From positions 16,822-80,821 of the forward strand of contig JAAEZG010000010.1 of NCBI GenBank assembly GCA_018222985.1: a stretch of DNA of 64,000 nucleotides, given 5' to 3'. The DNA is from Gammaproteobacteria bacterium. GTDB lineage: Bacteria > Pseudomonadota > Gammaproteobacteria > Enterobacterales > Alteromonadaceae. Numbering within the stretch: position 1 is the stretch's first letter; the number at the start of each line of letters is the position of its first letter. Positions 56,635 through 64,000 of this stretch are shown here, one piece after another. The position numbers and the translations under genes were made by a program. Below the pieces are notes generated by a model that saw nothing but the letters and a program-made list of their open reading frames with translations, had not been told where the DNA came from and did not search any database.

Positions 56635-57959
56635 ACTGATGGCGACTCCGCGCTCAATACTGGCAGAATTCGGGCCACCTTATCGAAGGTTTCTTGGTAT
56701 TCAGCGGCACATTCTGAATCAGCCACTAAACCGCCGCCGGCCCAGCAGTAGATATGGCCAGCCTGTTCGTTTTGCTGCACCGCAACCAGAGTACGTATGG
56801 CGATATTGGTATCAGCGTGACCATGTTGTGAAAAGTAACCAAAACTACCGCAATAATAGCTGCGACGATGAGGCTCAAGCTCATCAATAATTTCCATGGC
56901 GCGAATTTTCGGGGCGCCGGTAATAGACCCGCCAGGAAAACACTGAGCAAGTAAATGAATGCCTTGTTTGGTGTCCGCTAATTCGCCAACCACAGTACTG
57001 ACTAAATGGTGCACCGCAGGGTACGACTCAATCGCAAATAATTTAGGTACTTTAACGCTACTAGGTTTACACACGCGGCTAAGATCATTGCGCAGCAAGT
57101 CAACGATCATGACATTTTCGGCACGGTCTTTGGTTGAGTGTCGCAATGCTTCGGCCATGGCTTGATCTTGATCCGGATCGGCTTGCCGAGGCCGGGTGCC
57201 TTTAATGGGCTTGGTTTCCACATGGCCGCTGGCATCAATAGCTAAAAAACGCTCGGGCGACAACGACAGCAGGGCGCCCTCGGGCAACTTAAAGTATGCC
57301 GAAAAAGGCGCATTGTTGTGGGCCCGCAGATTTTGGTATGCCGCCCAAGTATTGCCTTGATAGTCGGCTTGAAATCGTTGCGCCAAATTAACTTGATAGC
57401 AATCGCCGGCTAGCAAGTAGTTCTGTACTTGCTTGAATTTGTCAGCATATTGCTCAGCCGTCATATTGCTTTGCCAAGCGCTCTTTAGGGTAAAATTTTG
57501 CTGTGCCGGTTGCTCAGCTGCAAGCCAGTAGTCGCTTAATGCCTTTATTTGTGACGCCTCGGCCAAGAGCCAAGTTTCGCCGGTTGCACGCTGTTGCATC
57601 AGTGCTTGTGTGTATAAACCAACGGCCATGTCTGGTAGCGAAATATCGGCCTCAGCTTGGGTGGGTAATTGCTCTAATGCTCGCCCTGCATCGTAACTCC
57701 AAGCACCAGCTAAACCACCTTGAAATGGTAAATGCCGAGGGCCTTCGTAACTGGGTGATTGGGCAAGCAAAGCCGCCAATTGGCTTGACCAATCGTTCAT
57801 GTCTGTAAGCACCCTTACAGGTTGGCGAAAAATCATGTCCCATTGCCCGGCAGCGCTGTTACAGCTATCTAACAGCAATGCCCAAGGCTCGTGCGCACAG
57901 CGCTCGAAAACCTCGGCTAAACGTGATTTGATCGGCAATTGAACGGCGACTAACGGCAC
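56631..57959 (-). CDS. pabB: Aminodeoxychorismate synthase component I
   Basis: GDCYQVNLAQ, SLSPERF, TKPIKGT, MIVDLLRND, FPGGSITGAPK; GTG start. Confidence 0.95.
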   Translation of the reverse strand: MPLVAVQLPIKSRLAEVFERCAHEPWALLLDSCNSAAGQWDMIFRQPVRVLTDMNDWSSQLAALLAQSPSYEGPRHLPFQGGLAGAWSYDAGRALEQLPTQAEADISLPDMAVGLYTQALMQQRATGETWLLAEASQIKALSDYWLAAEQPAQQNFTLKSAWQSNMTAEQYADKFKQVQNYLLAGDCYQVNLAQRFQADYQGNTWAAYQNLRAHNNAPFSAYFKLPEGALLSLSPERFLAIDASGHVETKPIKGTRPRQADPDQDQAMAEALRHSTKDRAENVMIVDLLRNDLSRVCKPSSVKVPKLFAIESYPAVHHLVSTVVGELADTKQGIHLLAQCFPGGSITGAPKIRAMEIIDELEPHRRSYYCGSFGYFSQHGHADTNIAIRTLVAVQQNEQAGHIYCWAGGGLVADSECAAEYQETFDKVARILPVLSAESPSV

Positions 57960-58113
57960 TGCAAAACCTCCATGCTAAATCTGCCGTGAAGCATATCATA
58001 ATCTGTGTAAGAAGCTGTGCTGAAAACTGGTCAGCGTGGTGACAAAAGGCTATGATAGCGTCAACTTTACGTTACCCCCTGAAATTGAAACTTAAGCGAA
58101 TTCCGAGGTATTC

Positions 58114-59625
58114 ATGGCTATTATTCGTCAGGCAGACTTTATTGAAAGCATTGAAGATGCGTTGCAGTACATTTCGTATTATCACCCGCTAGATTTCGTA
58201 CAGGCGCTCGAAAAAACCTACCACCGCGAACAAAGCGACGCGGCGAAGAACGCCATTGCCCAAGTACTGACGAACTCACGGATGTCGGCTCAAGGTCATC
58301 GCCCAATTTGCCAAGACACGGGTATTGTCACCTGCTTCGTAAAAGTAGGGATGGGGGTGCAATGGGACAAAACCGACATGACCGTGCAACAAATGGTGGA
58401 TGAAGGCACTCGTCGCGCTTATACCAACCCAGAAAACCCGCTACGAGCTTCTATTGTTGCCGACCCCGCAGGTCAGCGTAAAAACACCGGCGATAACACG
58501 CCAGCGGTGGTGCACATTGATATGGTGCCGGGCGATACCATTGAAGTGATGATTGCAGCCAAAGGCGGCGGTTCAGAAAATAAATCCAAAATGGTGATGC
58601 TGAACCCTAGTGACAATATCGCTGATTGGGTGGTGGAAACCATGCCGAAATTGGGTGCCGGTTGGTGCCCGCCAGGTATGATTGGCTTGGGTATTGGTGG
58701 TACTGCCGAGAAATCAGCGGTATTGGCCAAAGAAGCGCTGATGGACCCAGTAGATATTCAAGAGTTGCTTGACCGCGGCCCACAAAATGCCGAAGAAGAG
58801 CTGCGCTTAGAAATTTATCATCGTGTAAATAAGCTAGGTATTGGCGCACAAGGCTTAGGCGGCGTGACCACGGTTATGGACGTGAAAATTAAAAGCGCAC
58901 CAACCCATGCGGCTTCCAAGCCGGTAACCCTCATTCCAAACTGTGCGGCAACGCGTCACGCACATTTTGTGCTAGACGGTTCAGGCCCGGCAGACTTGCA
59001 GCCACCTAAACTAGAAGACTGGCCTGATATTACTTTTGAGCTTGGTGACGATGCGCGCCGTGTGAACTTGGATACGGTGACTCAAGCCGATATTGAAAGC
59101 TGGAAAACCGGCGAAACGGTATTGCTTTCAGGCAAAATGCTGACCGGTCGCGATGCTGCGCACAAACGTATCAAAGACATGCTTGATCGTGGCGAGCAAT
59201 TGCCGGTCGACTTTACCAACAAGTTTATTTACTACGTTGGCCCAGTAGACCCTGTGGGTGACGAAGTGGTTGGCCCTGCCGGCCCAACGACAGCCACCCG
59301 GATGGATAAGTTCACCGACATGATGCTCGATAAAACCGGTATTTTGGGCATGATTGGTAAAGCTGAGCGTGGCCCAGCTACCGTCGAGAGTATCAAGCAA
59401 CATAAAGCGGTGTATTTAATGGCGGTAGGTGGTGCTGCATACCTGGTGGCTAAAGCCATTAAAAAAGCCCGTGTGGTTGCCTTTGAAGACTTAGGTATGG
59501 AAGCCATTTATGAGTTTGACGTGGAAGATATGCCAGTGACTGTAGCGGTAGACAGCACGGGCGAAAATGCGCACGAAACCGGGCCTGCTATTTGGCGCGT
59601 GAAACTGGAAGCCGCTGATGCTTAG
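58114..59625 (+). CDS. fumA: Class I (Fe-S) fumarate hydratase
   Basis: PICQDTG, KGGGSEN, GWCPP, PNCAATRH, GPTTATRMD. Confidence 0.95.
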   Translation: MAIIRQADFIESIEDALQYISYYHPLDFVQALEKTYHREQSDAAKNAIAQVLTNSRMSAQGHRPICQDTGIVTCFVKVGMGVQWDKTDMTVQQMVDEGTRRAYTNPENPLRASIVADPAGQRKNTGDNTPAVVHIDMVPGDTIEVMIAAKGGGSENKSKMVMLNPSDNIADWVVETMPKLGAGWCPPGMIGLGIGGTAEKSAVLAKEALMDPVDIQELLDRGPQNAEEELRLEIYHRVNKLGIGAQGLGGVTTVMDVKIKSAPTHAASKPVTLIPNCAATRHAHFVLDGSGPADLQPPKLEDWPDITFELGDDARRVNLDTVTQADIESWKTGETVLLSGKMLTGRDAAHKRIKDMLDRGEQLPVDFTNKFIYYVGPVDPVGDEVVGPAGPTTATRMDKFTDMMLDKTGILGMIGKAERGPATVESIKQHKAVYLMAVGGAAYLVAKAIKKARVVAFEDLGMEAIYEFDVEDMPVTVAVDSTGENAHETGPAIWRVKLEAADA

Positions 59626-60958
59626 TCTTGAGCTTTGGCATGTAATAGCAGCGGTTAGCGCCGCTGCTATTATTGGCGTTGCAATCACTTGGTTGTGGTT
59701 AGGGCCGCGGCAAAAAATGTTAGCTAGCCAACTTAGCGATGCCCGCGAGCAACTGCAGCAGCAGCGAGATTCGTACGAAACTCGGGTAAACACCGTGACC
59801 GAGCAACTACAACACACTCAGCAGCTACGCAGTAACTTGCAGGCAGAGCTGGCAGCGGTGCGCGCCGAGCTTGGCGCTAAATTGCAAAACGCGACAGAAA
59901 AGCAACAGTTATTAGAAGCCAGTGAAGAGCGATTAAAGAAAGAGTTTGAGCGCTTAGCCCAGCAAATTTTTGAACAAAAATCTGAGCGTTTACAAGCGAA
60001 CAGCAAACAAACCTTAGAAACCACGCTGGCGCCCTTTAAACAGCAGCTTGAGGCGTTTAAAACCCAAGTAACTCAGCAGTACACCGAAGAGCTTAAGCAG
60101 CGTTCAGCGTTAACCGAGCAAGTGAACTCGTTACGCGACTTGAACAAGCAAATGGCCGCTGAAGCCGAAGCCTTAACCCGCGCTTTAAAAGGCGACACGA
60201 AAGCACAAGGTACCTGGGGAGAGGTGGTATTAGAGCGTATTCTTAATCAATCGGGCTTGCGCGAAGGGCAAGAATACGAAACCCAGTCGCATCATCGTGA
60301 CGAAGACGGCAAAAGCTTTAAGCCTGACGTTGTGGTGCACTTACCAAACGACAAAGACGTGGTCATCGACTCAAAAGTGTCGCTCGTTGCTTATGAGCGT
60401 TACTTTAATAGCGATGATGATGCCGAGCGCGAAAGCGCAATGAATGATCATGTCACTTCACTGCGTAATCACATTAAAGGGTTAGGCAAGAAGAACTATC
60501 AGCAGTTGGAAAGTGTGCGAACGCTTGATTATGTGCTGATGTTTATTCCAATTGAGCCAGCGTTTTTGTTAGCTGTCGACCGTGATCCAGAGCTGATTCG
60601 CTTAGCACTCGATAACAATATTATGCTGGTAAGCCCCACCAATTTGCTGGTTGCACTGCGTACGGTTAACAACATTTGGCAGTACGAATATCAGAATCAA
60701 AATGCGCAGGTTATTGCCAACGAAGCCACCAAGTTGTACGACAAGTTTGTTGGTTTTATTGACGATATGCAAAAAATCGGCAACGCCATTGACAGTGTTC
60801 GCAAGCATTATGAGGGGGCGATGAATAAGCTCTCTAGCGGTCGTGGTAATTTAGTGGGCCGGGTTGAGAACTTTAAAAAACTCGGCGTTCAGTCATCTAA
60901 GCAAATTGACCGAAAACTGCTGAACAATGGTGACAAAGATGACGATGATGAAGCTTAA
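59618..60958 (+). CDS. rmuC: DNA recombination protein RmuC
   Basis: N-terminal TM, coiled coil, QGTWGE, PDVVVHLP, IDSK, MFIPIE, GRGNL. Confidence 0.96.
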   Translation: MLSLELWHVIAAVSAAAIIGVAITWLWLGPRQKMLASQLSDAREQLQQQRDSYETRVNTVTEQLQHTQQLRSNLQAELAAVRAELGAKLQNATEKQQLLEASEERLKKEFERLAQQIFEQKSERLQANSKQTLETTLAPFKQQLEAFKTQVTQQYTEELKQRSALTEQVNSLRDLNKQMAAEAEALTRALKGDTKAQGTWGEVVLERILNQSGLREGQEYETQSHHRDEDGKSFKPDVVVHLPNDKDVVIDSKVSLVAYERYFNSDDDAERESAMNDHVTSLRNHIKGLGKKNYQQLESVRTLDYVLMFIPIEPAFLLAVDRDPELIRLALDNNIMLVSPTNLLVALRTVNNIWQYEYQNQNAQVIANEATKLYDKFVGFIDDMQKIGNAIDSVRKHYEGAMNKLSSGRGNLVGRVENFKKLGVQSSKQIDRKLLNNGDKDDDDEA

Positions 60959-60983
60959 AAAAGCGCACGGTTAACCGTGCGCT
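60956..60983 (-). terminator. rnk terminator (22-bp palindrome containing the stop codon)
   Basis: AGCGCACGG-TTAA-CCGTGCGCT at 60962-60983; U run on the minus strand. Confidence 0.75.
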
Positions 60984-61369
60984 ACTTCAATAATCTCTAT
61001 CTTTTGTCGCCCGCGAGGGCTGTCCCATTCAATTTCCTGCCCTTCAGATAAACCTAAAATTGCAGCGCCTATTGGGGCGAAAACGGAAATGCCATGCTCA
61101 ACCTTTTCCGCGTCTCGAGGTAAACAGAGCACCTTGGTGAAGCTGGCACCCGTTGCCACAATTTTAAAGGTGACCGTACTGCCAATAGCAACCACATTTG
61201 CAGGCAAGTCTGCTGACTTAACCACTTTCGCACGGGCAAGTTCGCCTTCAAGTGCATCAACACAGTCCGATTTTTTTGTTTGCGTAGCAAGCAAGCCTTC
61301 AATTTGTTCAAGATCATGCTGCGTGATCATAATATCCGGTTGATTCATGATATTTTCCTCGTTCATCAC
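60971..61369 (-). CDS. rnk: Regulator of nucleoside diphosphate kinase (GreA/B family)
   Basis: LEGELARAKVV, NVVAIGSTV, ISVFAPIGAAILGL. Confidence 0.9.
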   Translation of the reverse strand: MMNEENIMNQPDIMITQHDLEQIEGLLATQTKKSDCVDALEGELARAKVVKSADLPANVVAIGSTVTFKIVATGASFTKVLCLPRDAEKVEHGISVFAPIGAAILGLSEGQEIEWDSPRGRQKIEIIEVAHG

Positions 61370-61473
61370 GAAAATAAGATAGCCAGTAACGTTTCGATGT
61401 TGATGGAGTCGTTATTTGATGTTTGGTGTGCGGAAACAGCACAATGTGCCGGACGTAAGAAAGTACGCCCGGC

Positions 61474-61527
61474 TTAACTAGGTAAGGTGAGAACAGTAAT
61501 AAAAACGCTGCGCGTATAGTTCAGCAT
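61474..61527 (-). CDS. Possible 17-aa leader peptide (MLNYTRSVFITVLTLPS)
   Basis: ATG with weak AAGG SD; stop is immediately followed by a 9-bp GC-rich hairpin (61448-61473). Confidence 0.3.
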   Translation of the reverse strand: MLNYTRSVFITVLTLPS

Positions 61528-61602
61528 AAAGCCTTTTATTGCCCTTGAAAGTCGTTATAAAAACACAGAATAGATAGCTAGATAATAGGGCGGCCAAAAA
61601 TA

Positions 61603-61629
61603 AAGGCAAGTGAAATATTCACTTGCCTT
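61603..61629 (-). terminator. Terminator after rimO
   Basis: AAGGCAAGTGAA-ATA-TTCACTTGCCTT with a U-rich tail on the minus strand. Confidence 0.85.
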
Positions 61630-61663
61630 GCGGTGAATGGTTTAGCTGAGAGCGTCGTAGCTA

Positions 61664-63013
61664 TTATCGCTGCACAGTTCCCCATAAATCATATTCATCG
61701 GCATGTTCAATCAACACGTCAACCATGTCACCGGGGGCGACGTTCTGCTCACCGTTTAAGTAAACCAAGCCGTCAATTTCAGGTGCATCAGCGTAACTGC
61801 GGCCAATGGCCCCTTCGTCATCAACCTCGTCAATGAGAACACGCAGGGTGCGGCCAATTTTGGCTTGTAAACGCGCCGCACTAATTTGTTGCTGAACTTC
61901 CATAAAGCGCGCATAACGTTCTTGCTTGATATGCTCGGGAACTGGATCAGGTAACTCGTTTGCTTTGGCGCCCTCAACGTCGGAGTAGGTGAAGCAACCG
62001 ACACGGTCTAGCTGTGCTTCGCGCAAAAACTGTAGCAGTTCTTCAAATTCTTCTTCGGTTTCCCCAGGGAAGCCAACAATAAAGGTGCTGCGAATGGTTA
62101 AGTCAGGGCAAATTTCACGCCATTTTTGAATGCGCTCAAGGGTGCGTTCAGCCGAACCTGGGCGCTTCATGAGGCGTAAAATGCGCTTATTCGCATGCTG
62201 TAACGGAATATCCAAATAAGGCAGCAGCTTACCTTCAGCCATTAATGGAATAACGTCGTCAACCGATGGGTACGGGTACACATAGTGCAGACGAACCCAA
62301 ATGCCTAGTTTACCCAAGGCTTCGCACAGTGCTTGCATGCTGGTTTTCACCGGTTGGCCATCCCAAAACCCGGTTTTGTTTTTTACATCAACGCCATAGG
62401 CGCTAGTGTCTTGTGAAATAACCAGCAGCTCTTTGACGCCGGCGTTCGCTAAGCGCTGGGCTTCGCTTAATACATCACCAATTGGACGGCTGACTAAGTC
62501 ACCGCGCATGGAAGGAATAATACAGAACGTACAACGATGGTTGCAGCCTTCAGATATTTTCAAATACGCAAAATGCCGTGGTGTCAGTTTCACCCCAGTT
62601 TCTGGCACTAAGTTTTCAAATGGAATTTTTTCAGGTTTAGGCACATGTTGATGTACATGCCCCATCACTTCTTCATAGGCATGCGGGCCAGTAATAGCCA
62701 GCACATTGGGGTGTACTTCACGAATTTCATCGTCTTTAGCGCCAAGACACCCAGTGACTATAACTTTGCCATTTTCGTTTAATGCTTCACCAATGGCGTC
62801 AAGCGACTCTTGAACGGCCGAGTCAATAAAGCCGCAGGTATTTACAATAACCATGTCGGCATTATCGTAACTGTTAACGATATCGTACCCTTCGGTGCGA
62901 AGCTGGGTAAGAATACGCTCAGAGTCCACCAAGTTTTTCGGGCAGCCAAGGCTAACAAAACCTATTTTTGCCGAGTTTGACGAGGTGTTCGGGGTAAATT
63001 GTTCAACAGTCAT
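61664..63013 (-). CDS. rimO: Ribosomal protein S12 methylthiotransferase
   Basis: [37 protein letters not shown] domain DAPEIDG. Confidence 0.98.
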   Translation of the reverse strand: MTVEQFTPNTSSNSAKIGFVSLGCPKNLVDSERILTQLRTEGYDIVNSYDNADMVIVNTCGFIDSAVQESLDAIGEALNENGKVIVTGCLGAKDDEIREVHPNVLAITGPHAYEEVMGHVHQHVPKPEKIPFENLVPETGVKLTPRHFAYLKISEGCNHRCTFCIIPSMRGDLVSRPIGDVLSEAQRLANAGVKELLVISQDTSAYGVDVKNKTGFWDGQPVKTSMQALCEALGKLGIWVRLHYVYPYPSVDDVIPLMAEGKLLPYLDIPLQHANKRILRLMKRPGSAERTLERIQKWREICPDLTIRSTFIVGFPGETEEEFEELLQFLREAQLDRVGCFTYSDVEGAKANELPDPVPEHIKQERYARFMEVQQQISAARLQAKIGRTLRVLIDEVDDEGAIGRSYADAPEIDGLVYLNGEQNVAPGDMVDVLIEHADEYDLWGTVQR

Positions 63014-63054
63014 TGGGCGCTCATGTGCTTATTAAAAACGAAGCGCAGATTATA

Positions 63055-63921
63055 TCACGGCTGAATTGGCTCTAACCACTGTTTCAAAGTTTGTTGAAAA
63101 GCCGGGTCTTGTTGTAACTGTGGAATGGCTGAATTTATTTGCTGAATGGCGTTAGTACCCCAATCATTTCGAGTACAGGCAACAGCGCCTTTAATGCGTT
63201 CCCCGGCTAGCTGCTCGATCGGTAAAAAAGCTAAATCGCCACCTTCGGTTTGTTCGTAATAAGCTTTGATCATGGGGTAATCAATGGTGAAGTCAATACG
63301 TTCCCGCAGAATCATGGACAACATAGCTGTGTTGGCATTGTCGCTGTTTAAGTCAAGGTGCAGTGAGGTATTGAGTACGTATTGTTCAAGTAAGCTTTGC
63401 AGCTGACCGTACATACGGCCAATAGGTTGCACAAACTGATACTTCCGGTCGGCTAGCATGCGCTCTAAGTCGACTGGGTTTCCATACTGCTCCGCAAGCT
63501 TAGCGGCAAGTTCTGGGCGCGTAATAATGCCGTGCGATGGGTAATCATGAGTGGGTTCAGAGTACACAATCAAGTCTTGATCATTCGCCGCTCGGTGAAT
63601 CATGCACGGGTAACACAAGTTTTGTTCGTTTTCCCACAGCATGCCAATTCGCGCTTGGGGCAAGTATTCTACCTGATGTTGCGTAGTTGGCATTGCCCGC
63701 TTGAACGAGTCGACAAGCACATCGCAAACACCTTGGTGCGCAAGTTCACCGTCAATAATATGAAAGGGCGGTGCTACATTGGCCGACCAGAGGATGTAGT
63801 CGTCTGCTTGTCGATTTTCTTTACCATTGTCTGCCGTCGCGAGGGCGGTGCCTGCGGTGAACATGAGTAGCATGCTCACCAGCGTCATCATGACGTACCC
63901 CAACGAAATCTGAATTTTCAT
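63055..63921 (-). CDS. Periplasmic solute-binding (family 3, TIGR02285-like) protein
   Basis: Signal peptide; PPFHI, CYPC, RIDFTIDY, GAVACTRNDWG; the family assignment is from recall. Confidence 0.7.
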   Translation of the reverse strand: MKIQISLGYVMMTLVSMLLMFTAGTALATADNGKENRQADDYILWSANVAPPFHIIDGELAHQGVCDVLVDSFKRAMPTTQHQVEYLPQARIGMLWENEQNLCYPCMIHRAANDQDLIVYSEPTHDYPSHGIITRPELAAKLAEQYGNPVDLERMLADRKYQFVQPIGRMYGQLQSLLEQYVLNTSLHLDLNSDNANTAMLSMILRERIDFTIDYPMIKAYYEQTEGGDLAFLPIEQLAGERIKGAVACTRNDWGTNAIQQINSAIPQLQQDPAFQQTLKQWLEPIQP

Positions 63922-64000
63922 TCTGCAACACTGCTCGATTGCTCAACATGTTAAAAAATTATAAACAGGTCGTGAGCTATTTCATAGTGTCATTCGTCGC

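Overview
A mostly housekeeping segment of a gammaproteobacterial chromosome. Gene content and sequence style suggest a marine Alteromonadales member such as Idiomarinaceae (inference, no search run). Translation and core loci: rpsF-priB-rpsR-rplI, dnaB, zur, dusA, a complete S10 operon standing alone, recX-alaS-csrA-tRNA-Ser/Arg, and ffh plus rpsP-rimM-trmD-rplS. Other loci: an ECF sigma/anti-sigma/DUF4097 triad, a BCCT transporter with a porin, fadH, the PHP-yciO-scpAB-rluB cluster, oadGAB, a hybrid histidine kinase, gshA, tyrA, cytochromes b and c', two secreted amidohydrolases, a STAS + PP2C/kinase partner-switch pair, cysB, pabB-nudL-sdaA, fumA-rmuC, rnk and rimO. I see no integrase, transposase, prophage or CRISPR array, and no clearly new multi-gene system. 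Five signals most deserve follow-up. (1) A dispersed 33-bp repeat built from heptamers, found as an inverted pair before the S10 promoter and as a tandem array after the tRNAs. (2) A consensus sigma54 promoter with an IHF-like site after dusA, where enterobacteria carry pspG, driving a small secreted protein and an unannotated 38-aa peptide. (3) A hybrid kinase with no sensor domain, coupled to a 57-aa membrane protein. (4) An amidohydrolase pair in which two of three domains lack the metal-binding motif. (5) A possible leader peptide and hairpin upstream of rnk.
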